Positions 28,641 to 42,216 of a DNA stretch of 64,000 bases are shown in pieces (position 1 is the first letter of the stretch; each line of letters begins with the position of its first letter). Position numbers and translations under genes: made by a program. The notes beneath the pieces were generated by a model that searched no databases, was not told where the DNA came from, and was given only the letters and a program-made list of their open reading frames with translations. This DNA comes from Tubulanus polymorphus (lineage: Eukaryota; Animalia; Nemertea): the NCBI RefSeq assembly GCF_964204645.1, contig NC_134029.1, positions 4,588,001 to 4,652,000 of the forward strand, in the 5' to 3' direction.

Positions 28641-29779
28641 AAGAGAAATGGTTTTGTATTTTGTGAGATTATTGCCGGTAATCCGCCTGTGTAAATTCTC
28701 AGCAGATATTCTCAACCTGTAACGATGCACATTATCACCAACTTACACGCACTTGGAATTATGTAAATTGTGTTTTATTCCGCATAAACTCCAGTCTATC
28801 CCCGTGTTCTCCGCTCGGTTGAGTCATAGGCGCGAATACTGAATATCTTCAATGGGTTCCCAGCGATAACTCCGTTTAAACAAGCTCTACTACTAAAATA
28901 GCAATTTCCTCTACTTGTCACTTCTGTAAAAGCGTGATTTTCTATATTTTTTTTTCATGGAAAACTATTTGAAAACTTAAAGGAGATCGTGTGAGGGTTT
29001 TTCTCTGTAACAGTAGCCCGAAACAAAAGGCGAAATGTCTTCGCTACTGATGGAATTGTTAAACAGCTTCGAGCGTGTGGAATTTTTTAAAGGGGGAATG
29101 AAAGAAGATAAATTCTTTAGAGTGCATCTTGAAAGGAATTTTTAATTTGTATTTTTTCCAGTGGTGCAATGAGAATCGATCCAATCCTGCTGAACATCCA
29201 ATTAGGAAATTGGGATTCTCATTGAAGACGTTATTCTAAGAATATTATTTCATCTACGTGCATCTAGTAGAAGTCGTTGGCGTGGCGCCACCGGACGGCT
29301 TTGTATGACCCGTAACTGGAACAGGACGTCTTTGCTCATTTGAAGCGAGCAATAAACCCGATGGTTCGTCGGCACAGTCTTTTCAGTAGTCTTCTCGCTG
29401 AAAACGGGTCGAGCGCGAGACGAAGAGAATTCATTATCACAAACGGTCGTCCAGGTTAACACAGCCGTACTGTAAAAGTTAATCAACCTAGCCATTATTT
29501 CTACGGGGATTATTGTCCCGTATACGTTTTACAATTTCATGGCTTTCTGGTTTATGAGAAGCCCGGCTTCATTCATCAATCATCTGTATGTATATTTCGG
29601 ATTCAGGCTCGCATTGATGGATCGAGCTGTCAGGTTTTTTCCTCAAGGTGCCCGACGTAGTATTGTGACTCACGTCACTGTGTTGACCGTCTTGTCATAA
29701 TTACAATAATGTGACTTTGAATAAATTGTCCTAATTGTTCCGGGGCTCGTCACATTTAAGACTTGGGGGTCACGAATGC

Positions 29780-30400
29780 CAGACGTATGTCACATGTTAA
29801 ACCTAGGGTTAAAAGCCGATACTTTTCATAAATTAGATAAAGGTAACACATTCCAGACCAGCACGCCCTGTCCAAAGCTGAAATTCAGACAAAGACATAA
29901 GAAGATTAGAATATGATGGGGGAAGAAAAGACTATCATTTAAGTGTCAGTAAAGGATCTTGAATGCTTTCAACTTCCTGCTGGATGCAATGATCAAGAAG
30001 TAAGTGGCCATCAAGAAGCATTAGACGAACCACAGTTTCCAAGACCATAACGTCCCCAACTAATATCTCATATGCAACAAGGATGGCATCTTCGACCTGG
30101 TGAATGTCATCCAACGCGTCTGTGTCCGTACTGATCGCGGTACAGTAACCAATCCTTGAATTCTCGAGAACCCATGATTAGTCATATCAAGTCCTGGGCA
30201 ACAAATATGTAAAGTTCTAAGTGGCCAGTGTAGATTAGATTAAATGTAGTAAATAAGCCCTAGTAACTGGTGCATTACATATTCAGCCCCAGGCAGTACG
30301 TGGACATTCCTGAGTAGCAGGAATCCTACACACGCAGTCCTTATCACGATATATATATATAGCCGGCAGCTATGTCCAAATGAGAACGATGTTAACATGT
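29780..30400 (+). pseudogene. Decayed Ty3/Gypsy LTR-retrotransposon pol fragment (end of RNase H, linker, integrase zinc-binding region)
   Basis: Colinear remnants broken by stops and frameshifts: A(D)ALSKA at ~29861-29879 (cf. ADALSR); QLISHMQQGW...ECHP..LCPY* in one frame at 30057-30134 (cf. L...I..GWP....CP..LRPYW); RGHS*V at 30299 (cf. HxGHxG); DIYI*PAAMSK at 30348 (cf. YWPGM). Comparison is to remembered Gypsy motifs. Confidence 0.55.
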
Positions 30401-32944
30401 TTTGGTCAGGCGTCAATCAAGACTCTTGTCGTGTTTTCTGCTCGATCTGTCCAAATGAATCTGACGTTCGTTTCATAAGACGCATAAAGAAGATGACCAT
30501 CTCATCGCGTCTCATGCTAAAAGGTGATGGATGACTCAGCACGTAAGGTCGCGCGGATTTTCACACAGCCAGCGCTTGAAGTCGACTGGCATTTGGTTGT
30601 CGGATGTGTGACTGTTGGTCGGTATAGTCTGAATGAGGCGATTATGGATTCGTTAGAGATTGTTATGACGAAATAATAATGTCACCAGTGAAATGTGGTA
30701 TTAAGATGGATGGTCAAGAGGCCAGGACGACTTGCCATATCACTTCATCAGATTGCACCACTGAGTCAGTGTGCGCAAATCCCTCTCTAACTGTTAGAAG
30801 TGCGCCATCATCAAAGTTAACCGTGTTCTTTAGCATGATGTTCAGTCCTACGTATGGTGGCAAATCCTGAGTGTAGTTCATCCAACTGTTAACGCTTATG
30901 GATCCGTGGTCAAAATAGTTGCACCGTTTGAGATGTCATGAAATTTGCAATGGTGTTTACCATTACCAGCATATCCTCATCTTTCTACCGAACCTCCAAG
31001 CAACTAAACATTTTTACCTTAGGCTAATAACCTTCACAATTCTAATATTGAGCCATTCTTTGAACGATAGTAGATGCACAAGTCCCTCGACTGAGCCCGC
31101 GCAGTTTTGAGATCCTACAAATTGATTTAGCTCCACCGAATGAAGGTATCGAGGGAATAGGTTGAAGGCTTACCCGTCTACTAAAAGAAGTTTAAGATAA
31201 TATCCCAGCATCAAAAGTTAGGATCAATGCTAAATATACATTGTGATAATAGCACTAACCGTGATTGTACAATAGTCCTTTTGATCTTCGTTCGGATAAT
31301 CCTAGCGGCTATTCTCTGCGAGCCATTTATAATTGTTAATTGACGATTAGCGATGTCCGTACGCGAACCTGTTTGGCCTGTAAATGTCAACATTATGGAA
31401 AAAATTAGCCAGATATATCGCGTTAGTTACACGCCGCGCATGTACAAACGACAAATGTTCAGTTTGATGATCATTTAGAAGACATCTGTTAAGTCTACAG
31501 GCTGTTGTTTGCAAGGCCGAGAAACATTTATCTTTTCGCTTCGTTTCATCGGCGATGAGACGGTTTGATACTTGGGTTTTTGGTCTAGTTACTGCGTAAG
31601 TGTGATACCTACTGATTATACGTAGTTAATGTCAACTTGGGAGGATACAAGCTGTGTTATATCTTACTGCATCTGTGGAACTGTATAATATCCACTGACT
31701 CAGACAACCGACTTGGCCTTGGACTGATTCTCACGTGGAAAACAATATCCAGGACCAACATAAGCGTCGAAAAAACATTTTAGATTTTAGTGGCAACTCG
31801 CGAGATTTTGATTTTAATGACCTGTCAAAGTACACTATCCCGTACATTTTGTCCTATGCATTTTGTACCTTCCGAAATTCTATCTTAACATACAACTTGT
31901 TCCAATACTTTGTCCAAATTGTCGGTTAAGAGTAGAAATATAGTTGATTTGCAATCGTTGCATTGGTGCATATACTTAATCATCATTATACCAGGGGCCT
32001 TTGCTACCATCGATATAGCAGTGGTGCTTGGAAAATGAAACCTTAACGGAGTTTTGTAGACACAATTTCTATATATCTTCGATTTCTGCACTGTTTCCTT
32101 TTTATCTAGAATATTGACCAGTTCAGATCGGTTACACGAGATCTATTACTAACTATAGATGATACGATATTTGTCTACATCATATGATGATATATTTATC
32201 TACGTATCTAAAGCTGTTTGCTACTTGTGCAGTGCTTTCTGAGAGTACTCGGTCGTTATATTAAGTATCATATATTTGTATCTGTTGCGTGTAGCTCAGC
32301 GATCCTGTGATCTACGTAGAGACATCGTTCATAGGTCGCTGACTGCAATAAGCAATATTATATCTTTTAGTCACAATCCGTTATTGCATTAGACGATATT
32401 AATATTGCTTAAGGCGAACGCAATGGCCGAAGATCAATAGAAAATGTTAGCTTTGGTGGTATACCGGACTAATCTCGAGGAAATTGCCTCCAAAAGCCAT
32501 GCCAGTAGACTAAATATTTACTGGCATGGTAAGGCAGAGATGTACAAGTAATTTTATTACTAGTTTCATATGCACCGTCGTGTCATGCGGTGACTTGTTG
32601 GCGATTTTTACGAATTTTATACCCTTTGCATATATATTTCGGATTACACGCTGGGGCCGTTATTCGGCGTCATTTGAATATGCGCTATGCATCGGTCGAT
32701 ATGTCGCACTGTGCTGCCATCTGCTCAATTAAATTCAAACATTTTATTTACTGTGTTAAATGTCGCGTGGGTTGCACGACAAAATGAAATATGAAAAACT
32801 GCAATTGGAAAATGGAAGTTGAATAAAATATCTGGTATTTGACGCACGCGTGTATAGAATTACCGATATAAGCTGATATGTATTTTCCATTATCTCGCAG
32901 TCTGTTGCAAAGTGCAAATTTCAACTTATTATTCCATTCCGTCA

Positions 32945-32966
32945 CCAGCAGCAGCAGCAGCAGCAT
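32945..32966. repeat. (CAG)n microsatellite
   Basis: CCAGCAGCAGCAGCAGCAGCA. Confidence 0.85.
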
Positions 32967-33479
32967 TCAGCGGTCTAGACACAGGTTACATCCAGTGCGT
33001 GTTTATTGTGAGCGCTGCTGCTGGTTCTCTAATCGTTATCTGAGAAGGTTGGCACGGTTTAAAAGCATCTTTAGAAAGTAAAGAAGCCGGCTCGGTCATT
33101 GATTACATCTTAACCGGCGGGGAAAAATTTCAATAGTAAAGGAAAATTGATTCCGGAGTCGCCTTACATTGCGCGAATTTATTGTTTGAGAGCTGCAATG
33201 AAACTGGTTTAGTGTTCCGTGACCGGAATGTACGAACGCGCCGACACCGACGTCGGTAATAATTCGACTTAATCCAACGGATTCGAACCGCCACGTGAGC
33301 GGCATACTAAACTGACCAGGCAACGCTGGGTGCGAATTAACCCGGGCTTCGGGCGATTGATTTTACTGTGTTCAAAGCCGACAATTATATCCTCAGATGT
33401 ATATCGTCCCTGTTTTTCTCTCTTAAATTTACATTAATTCAAAAGGATTGGATTCAAAAGGAGGTTTGTCGAGGGCGCC

Positions 33480-33735
33480 GACGGAACAGATTAAGAATGG
33501 ACCAAATAATGCTGTGCGTTTTTGAACCAGCTCTTATCACTGGTCCCGCTAATAGACACACACTTCGCTTGACGGGCAATGACAGCAAAATTTCTAGTCA
33601 CACGTTCTAAAATAAAGAACGGACTAAGGGTCGGTCTTTTTGGTCGGTTTAAATTAGTCCGTTCTAGAATGGACTATAAACGCCTGGTTCGCTCCAAATT
33701 GTTATGTACTAAATCTAGCACACGTTCTAAATAAC
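33480..33735 (+). repeat. Dispersed repeat rich in AGTCCGTTCTA motifs, copy 2
   Basis: Homologous to 11341-11556 in inverted orientation. Contains a perfect 12-bp inverted repeat AGAACGGACTAA (33616) / TTAGTCCGTTCT (33654) between direct repeats CTAG(T)CACACGTTCTAAA at ~33595 and ~33715. Confidence 0.6.
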
Positions 33736-34368
33736 GTAGGTAGTCTGAATGATGTTAATGTGAAGAGTGATTTTTGTTGTTCAGTAAACCCACACCCAAC
33801 CCCTCACTGGGAGTTTAGGGCCACGCCTCTGATAGTACACCGGGTTATCATTATATGGAAATCCCTTGAGACGCGTTTTATCAGCGAGCAATACAATGAA
33901 AACGCGCTGCACTTGAAATAAAACTAGATTTTTTTTCTCACGTTGTCTCTCTCAGTCAGGCAGCTGTCAGTGTTACTGCTTTCACTACTCGTCAACCCGG
34001 TGTCATTTCACGTCTCAAAAGCCATCATTCACAGCGTAGACGCGGCTATTGTTTCCTCGATAACGGGCTCCGGATATCGAAGTGATTTTCACTAATCACG
34101 AGTTTTCGTTCGGGCGATATTTGACGGAATATGACAATGTCACAAAAAGATCAGACGCGATGACGAGTTTTAATTGAAAAATTAGCGGACAGTGGTCAAC
34201 GTCTGTCTGTCGTACACCCACTTGAAATCAATAGAACGAAACTTATTCGATTAATGATAATCTATTAATATCAATAACTTAAGTTTTTATTTTGAAACGT
34301 TGATAGATCTCATTGGTACGCTATTTGACGGATAATATTGAATCTTTCAGAAAAAAGTCAGATTAATT

Positions 34369-34503
34369 GTGAATAAGTTATTTTCACTATATCGACTTTA
34401 TCCTCATAGTCACCTTCAGGAATACAGTACTCCGGTATTTCAGTTCTACTGAAGATGACTATTAGGATATAGTCGAAACGTTGAAAATAACTAGATCATT
34501 CAC
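34369..34503. repeat. ~135-bp imperfect palindrome made of two back-to-back hammerhead-containing units
   Basis: The left arm reverse complement CTGAAGGTGACTATGAGGATAAAGTCGATATAGTGAAAATAAC aligns with the right arm CTGAAGATGACTATTAGGATATAGTCGAAACGTTGAAAATAAC. Confidence 0.85.
34449..34486 (+). ncRNA. Minimal type I hammerhead ribozyme core (Penelope-like-element type)
   Basis: CUGAAGA-U, helix II GACUAU/AUAGUC with a UAGGAU loop, GAAA, then palindromic ACGU helix III and a GUU triplet. The 5' strand of helix I pairs poorly in this copy. Confidence 0.75.
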
Positions 34504-34970
34504 TAAAGAAAACCTTTTCGAGCTCTTTTTTCATTCTGACTGTGGGATTTTGTATCATCGAACAGCACGAACCTAGTGTCCCATCTCAACAGTTATTTAT
34601 GATTTGACTGACATGATTGGAAATTAGTTCCTTCGGTCGCGAATAGTCGTCGATTTTTTTTTCAATCTGTAATCGATTGCTTATGCACACGTTTGTATAT
34701 TTGATATTCGCTGCGGTTTTATTGCGTAACGTTTGTCGGCGGCAGATTTCGGGATCGTATTTCAAAGCATAAGGCGACAGTCAGCACCATTGGGGGATGA
34801 CGGGGCGGATGCGTTTACGTACCAGCGTGACAATACAGCGCCAGAGATGACAAACACGGGGATATATTTCACATCCCTGCAGGGCCTAAAACTGCGATTC
34901 ACAATAACTCTGAACTGACGGTGTACAGAATGAGTTGAGGAATGATTTAATCTGACTCACAGCACGTCTG

Positions 34971-35189
34971 CCCTCCCTTTCCTCTACTCACCACTCTTTC
35001 TGTCTCTCATCTTCCTTCTACATACCCCTCTCCATCATCCATTCTTTCCCTCCCTCCCTCCCACTCCCCATCTACTCTCGGCTCATCTACCCCTCTAGTA
35101 TCTTTACTCCTCCACTTTCCTCACTCTCTCTCCTCTCCCTCTCCATCCCTCTCCTTTCCCTTCTCTCTAGCTATCCATCTTTTACTTTT
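34971..35189 (+). repeat. Pyrimidine-rich (CT) low-complexity tract
   Basis: About 220 bp almost devoid of G on the + strand (CCCTCCCTTTCCTCTACTC...CTCTCCTTTCCCTTCTCTCT). Confidence 0.85.
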
Positions 35190-36904
35190 GACACCGACCG
35201 CCGGTGCTGAAACATCGTTCCTAGCGGTTTTAATTTTTCCAGGATCAAAGCTTTCCGTCACGTCGGTATGTGGTTAATTGTGTCTATTACAATGAGATTG
35301 TGTCGACTCGCAAAGGTACAGCTTTATACTGTAATGTGGTCTGTATGGCTGTGTCTCGGGTGACTCACATTCAAAAGCCGTCGTGTCGAATCTCACGCGC
35401 TTCCGGACATTTTCAGCAATTATGTACGACTTTTTTCATCAGTGTTATGAAAACAATGTTTAATAGGCTTGGTTCGAGTAGAACTTGGTGTTGGCTATGA
35501 ATCACTGACGTGTGCTGTTAGGATTGATTTAACCTTATCAACAACGCCAATCACAGTATCGCTATCAGAAACTAAGACCCGTCCGTCCATCGAGATGATT
35601 ATAAAAAACCCTTCATAAATTTTTTCATAAATCCATTATTTTTTCAATATTCGTAAAAAGACAGAGTAGGATTATTGTTGATTGAAACGCTTGATTTCCA
35701 TTTACGCTCAAAGTCGTCGTAGTCGGGTCGATCATTAATTTGAAATGATGACTCGGTAATAACTAAATTGGAAATACATTAGCACTAACGGTAAAGAGGA
35801 CTTGTGACGACTTTGTTGCAATATGGCAGGTGCGAGAACCTCGGTGGTCGCAATGACGTCACTCGGCCAGGTGTGGTTAAAAATCCGTTAATTTTTTTAA
35901 TATGGAAATCTCGAAATCAAAGGTGACTCAATCATTTCAGCGGCTGAAGTTAAGACGGCGCGTTTATCTGTGACACCATGTGTAAAATCTGTAAAATGTA
36001 GCGCGAGTTTTTCATAAATCATGTTTGACGTATGGAGTATTGGTTGACTGACTCCGGGCCACAGCCAGTTAACTGGATTACTACGCCTGGCTTTTGACGG
36101 ATGGGAACGAACCGTCACTAAGATGACCGTCGTCATTAGCAACGTGTGTCACAGACGATTGTCCGCTAATAAAATCTCGGATTCCAACAGATAAGATGAA
36201 TATTACTTCTGTCTGGGCCAAATCGAATCACATTCATGGGGAAAATTCGGTTTCGTATCGGATGCAATCTATTTTATGTCACGATGGAAAATTCGGGGCA
36301 TTGTTAGCGCTGAAATACCTTCAAATGCAGACGAAGTTTTTCTGATTTACCGATTTTACCAGAGGCGCTGTCACCGGGCAATCACCGATCAAACAGCCCG
36401 GGGCCTCTAATTATCAACGCCCGCAGTTTATCGCGTTTATCTGACTCGGCAAACACCCTACAACCAAAATCTGCCCCTGATTTCTTCCCGAGTACTTCAC
36501 AACACACGCCGTAATTCCGTTGAAGATCGATAAAAGTATAAAACCTGCTCGCAGTAAACTCCTTCAAGTTTATTTCTCCACCACATTCGACGATGACGTG
36601 CTTGACCGCTTAATTCCGTTACGCAAAGTTCGTAAATTGCACACGAAATCATCAACTACGGAGTCAAGAAGTCGCCGCGTAACCGTATTTTTGGTCGGCG
36701 TGAAGTTTTTCATTTCATTACAACATCAAGGCGTTGCAAACAATTTACACTGTAAAAAACCTCTCGAGCTTAACTCGATAAATGCGACACATATTTCGGG
36801 AATGTGATAATGTGTTTTTATCGAGTTAGCCGATGATCGGCTCGAAAATGCACGTATTTTATACGATTACCTGAACGAAGGTTTTTATCGCCGGGCACCA
36901 GTGA

Positions 36905-36949
36905 ATCATCGTCATCATCATCTTCATCATCATCGTCATCATCATCATC
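36905..36949. repeat. Imperfect (CAT)n microsatellite
   Basis: ATCATCGTCATCATCATCTTCATCATCATCGTCATCATCATCATC; explains the poly-Met in ORF 36859-37047. Confidence 0.9.
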
Positions 36950-39900
36950 GATTCAATCGTGATCCGGCGCAACCGGGTCGTCGTAGATTTCGCCACGTAC
37001 GAATCGCGGAATCGCGCCGCCGTTTCTGCCGCAGGACCAGCGTTCAATTGTAGAATTCTCTGCCCAAGTTTTAAATGTCATTTGAGGCTAATTCACGATT
37101 CGCTGTGATCGAATTCTATAAATGTTTATTAGGTTTTCGCGGGCCTGAGTCACCGCCGCCGATTCAAAAAGTTTAGACCTCAAATCGGGCTAACTCGATC
37201 AGCCAGCGAAAAACGTGATATTCTTTCGACTGGCACGGATTTGATTGTTCAGTCGCGTTTCATTGAATCGTCATCTTCATATTTTCGCTCGTCACAAAAT
37301 TTCGTTTTCGCAAAAAAGGCGGAAAGATTTCAATGAATTTTTTTCCTATACGGACAATTCATTATAGCGAACACAATTCTATAGTTCTTGCGCTGTTCAC
37401 CGCCACAGGTAACGACAACTCTGATCATAACACTGACAGAAATCAAATCCTAATTTTTTAAAACTAGAATTGAATTTTTCCATTCGATACGTTGTTTGGG
37501 GAAATTCTGCCGTTAAATTTCGATTGTTCATTTTGTAGTTTAGTGCGCGCGGCCGCCGTTTTCAAATCGATCTGATTTTGTTGCGGCCGCGCGGAGTAAT
37601 TCGATATACGAATGATTCATTTAAATATCGAAACCGAATCACCGGAATATTAAAGTCATTTGGGCATTCTGTAACGACGTTAAAACAACCGATTTCTGAG
37701 TTTTTCGCAAAGCTTTCGATACAATCCAGTTGACTTCATCTTTTTATTTGACTATTTTCAACCACCCTTATTCCATTCTCGCACTCGACAAAAATGTAAT
37801 TATATCTACTTTAATTGCTGAATAAATTGTAAATGAAAAAATAATTTCAGTAAATTTATGTGAGCTAAGCAGGTTTTGAATTTCATCAAGTTTTATCAAC
37901 TTTAAAACTTTGTTTCCTTGTTTCCTTTCTCTCATTTTTAAAAATGTTATTTTATATTCAACTTGATTGTTATATAGAATGAATGAGGATTTAGAATGAA
38001 TCAACTTGATTATTTAGAATGAATTACAAATCATTTTAATTATGTAATTGTCATCCCATACAGTTATCCAACGAAACAATGCATATGTTTCAGGGGTTGA
38101 GGGCGTTCATCTTTATCGTGAGTAAAACAACAGTTTTGACGCCTATCGATCTATATATAGTAAATTGTTGAACAAAAATTTTCGAATAGAATGAAATCAT
38201 CGTCAGCGCGTTGGCTTTCAACTTTTCCGAGAAATTCAATAAAGACGGCTATGTATATAAAGCCTTAGGCCGAAAACCGCTAGGAAGACAATCAGAAAAC
38301 AGAACTCTTTCTTCAGTCTTCCGTTCCTCGGACGAATGTGTCGGAAACGGAGGCCTGTCGCGATAGCTTAAGACCCCTGGGGGCCGAACATTGTGGTGCG
38401 ATATTAAAGAAAACTTCAATATAATTTTGTTATCATCCGTCAGTGTGTTTGAAATTGACGTATTGGCGAGGGCTACAATGCGTATTGCTGACGACAGGCT
38501 TGTTTGATTGTGTTTGATTGTGTGACTTATGTAAATGACTCGGAGCCTTTTGACACACGAGACTCTCCCTCTTTTCTTCGGGATTATCAGCGTTGTGACG
38601 CTGTTGTCGGAGAGGTGTTTCTCGACGTCACGTCACTGTCGAAACCTCGTTAAAATTCTATCATTGATGGACATCAGTCGAAGATCACGAGTTCGTCGAA
38701 CTAAGAGTCACTGTTAGCGTGGAAATTAATCATACCGACGAAAAGAAATTCTTCGTCAAACTTTATCACCCGTATTTCGAAAGATTTCCTACTTCGTTTA
38801 ATTCCCTGTTAACGTTGTCATGGCAGAGGCGCGAATATTACAAGATTTAGAACCGACACTGATTACATTCTAAAGTTTTATCACTTCAAACAATTTAATT
38901 TGAACCGAGGATATTACGCGCCTGGTGAGTGAATAGCGTCGCCTGCGAATTCGAGATAACTTTTTCCCCGCGACGAACTTTAAATCGGTCCAGAAGAATA
39001 CAAGAAAGAGTCAAGATTGATACTAAAGATGACGCGGATTAAGTCGGATCAATTTAAACGCCTCCAGCAGCAGGTTTAACAGTGTATCGTCGATCAACCT
39101 CTCAGCGCAGCTCACATGTCATCATTTTAAGAAAAAAATAGAAGACACAGAGCGATAATTTCCAATGAGAGTTGTTTTAAATATTAATCCTTAGCCCCGA
39201 GTGGTGTCTAATCATCGCGATACCGACGATACGCGAAACTTGAACGGGATTAAAAGGAACAGCGAACATATTCGAAGATCGAGTCCATTATCACTAGATC
39301 GTCGCTCGGGTTCGTTTGTCTTCCCGCAAAATCAATCGCGCAAAAAATAGAAAACACGAAGCAAATCGAGTTTACATTACAGCACAAAAGGTCCGTGCCC
39401 CTGGGACGAAAATATTATACATTTAATCCAAAAACATCGCTTTCGGCAAAGCCTTCTAGCAATGAGTGACGCATGCTATTGTCCCGGTCTTAAAAATATA
39501 TTGCGGAATTACCATACAGCAATATCCTGCTCATATTAGTCTATTGTTATCGTCAATTCCTACGTGAGATTCGCCGTCAATATTGTCTTAAATATCAGCT
39601 TTTACTATCGGCAGATAGAGACAGAGCCGTCCCGCTAGGTAATAGCCGTACTTAAGGTAGGCTTATGCCGATGGTGGTTCGTGAATTAGTTAATGAAGAT
39701 ATCATTTAGCATGGTATTGTGTTACTAATCGCTTCTGTCGCTCATCCGCCATCCCCAGAGAAACGAAGCTGATCCCGCAGAGTATCCGACGGCTTTAAAT
39801 TGTCATTGAATTCCTCCTATTGACGAGAGACCATCGGTCAAATCTTCTAGGGATGAACAGGCATTTCAAACTGAGGGTCTTTCTATCGAGCTGTGTCTTT

Positions 39901-40959
39901 ACGTCAACAAACAACGGTAACTTCTACTGACTACATTCCATCACTCATATCCCAAAACGACCCAGAAAATCTAAGCAGGTCCAGATGATTTATACCTGTA
40001 CTAAATATTGGACCAGGACTTTTTTTATCTCCAGTGATGTGGCTTCTAACATGCCGAGTGTCAGTACCCACGTGGACCGTGTTCGACTCAAGATGCAATC
40101 GGGTTCGAATCCCTAATTAGAAAGAATGGCCCGTCGTCTGCGTGACACCATGATCATTTATTCATTTTTTTCTGCGTGATGCGAGGAGTCATTCTGAAAT
40201 TCCGACCTTACCGCGGATCTGTCCGTCATTGTTTGAAATCAAGAACAATCCCGAGCATGATTTCTAATTTCCCGATATCAACCTAACGCCGAAAACAATG
40301 TATTCGACACTATTTGCCAGCGCCTTCCGATCTTTTGCGCAAACGATGCAAAGCAAATTTAAAGAAAAGATTGGTTTTGTTTCCAGAGAAAATTGGATTT
40401 TTCGGTGGTTATACCGAGAAGCGTTGTATGTGCGTTGACGCGCGCGCAAAGCGATTTACAACCGATCTGGCGGAACGTGGACTTTTCCGCTACGTCATTA
40501 CACTGAGTAAACAATAGAGCAGAAACCGTTGAGTTTAAATCTGCGCTGATATCATCCGCACAGATTTTGACAATATATGAAGAACGGTAATAGACATTTC
40601 CGTCGCGTTCTGCTCAGATTTGATGATCCCTAAATCCCAGAGTAATTGTGTCTGGAGAACTTTTTTCTAAGTGTAATTAACCTTACTCGGAATTAAGGTC
40701 CATTACTGATAAAATCGAGAATGTTTGAAAAATCCTCGAAGCTTTACTAATCTACTTTCGATCCCAGAGGTTGACATTGGGAAATGTATAGCGGTTCGTG
40801 TAAGCATATGTGACTCATCCTTTTCAACCACTGTCAATTAAAACTATCTGGTGGGACTCCGCATTTTAACACATCGTCGATGACGAGGAAAAAGAACCAT
40901 TTCATATCTGCGATCACTCAGCTTCATCTTTTCTCTCTCAATCTCGTTTCTAAAAGTTA

Positions 40960-41304
40960 TGAGGAACCCCCCGACGCTACTGTGGTAATCGAGGATTCCA
41001 CTTATGGCAAGTGAAGATCCACCAAGTTTGCTAGTTTTTACTCGGTCTTCTGCGTTCAATATCTTCTACATTTTGATTAAATTCGAATGCACTCTTCTCT
41101 TGATTAAATCGACTATCAATGAAGACTTTACCAATCACTGAGTAGAAAATGAATTTAGTGTGTATTTGGTGGGTCCGGTGATAATGTATGGATTCGGGAG
41201 ACTAAAATATTCAGTTCAAAGTTGGTTGAAAATGAACTGATTTTGACAACGCACGTCTGAGTGCTTGCCACGCCATCTTGCGGTATAGCTGGTGTTGTTT
41301 TTTA
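40960..41304 (+). mobile_element. Copy B of the CGGGGAAC MITE family, full length, TA-flanked
   Basis: Colinear with 62023-62360 end to end. TA at 40958-40959 and 41305-41306; termini decayed to TGAGGAAC and GTTTTTTA. Confidence 0.8.
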
Positions 41305-42216
41305 TAACCATAGATTTTATTTTCTTTATACATAATCATACAAAATAACATGACAAATTAGCCACAAATCGTCCGAGGACATTATATGTGGTTGAAAAGA
41401 GTTAAAGTAGAATGTAGATACAGATGGCTTCTACTATCTTATGATTTCAGGTTAATTATTTTGATAGAAAAGGAGCTGGTGTTGTGGTTCCCTATGCCTA
41501 TTTTATTGACTAGACACTGGACTTACATAGCACTTGTAGCGACCGCGAAAGACAAAATGGCACTGAGCAACCATAGTTTAGATAGTATGCAGGGTCTCTT
41601 CCCCAGGATATTATAAGCCCACCTCCCCGCCTTCCTTAACAGCTATGGCGGTAGCAGCAACCAGGATCTGCTGATGTTAGAAGTTCTTTGGGGGGAACTG
41701 TGGCGAATGTTGTGCGAATACTTCAGCTACTTACCACTAGCCAGAGCGCGCTATCCATGCTGTTTTATGAGCGTCGGGACACCTTTTGTGTTAATAGTAA
41801 TGACATAATGAAATTGGCGCTATTCATCAATGTCCATTCGACTATTCGTTTAGTCATCGTCGATACCGGCGAAGTAGTAACGGAGGGTACTCATCCTTGG
41901 TCAGTTTACTAACGCGGGAGGTGAAGCTGGCCAGTTGTAAATCATATCTACCACTGGAGCAAGTGACAATGAGCACTTAACGTAGCGCCAGTCGATTTAT
42001 AAAAACAGGTGACAGGTGTGTGGAAACTGCGACAGTGTTTCCACTGATGAATTGCCATTCAGCTGCTTTATTAATGATACACCAAATCTTACTCTCGTAA
42101 ATTCAAACGCGACCATTTTCGGAGAAGGCGACGACACCGTTGAAGAAACTGATTTATTAGTTATTAGCGAAAAGGACGTATGCAAATAGATAGGCCACAA
42201 TGACAAATTAACTATT

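Noticed and set aside
30700-31010. Minus-strand RT/connection-like words (DEDMLV, MNY, LKNTVNF, VLA)
   Set aside because: Spacing does not fit Gypsy RT and the strand is opposite to the better-supported pol remnant; probably chance.
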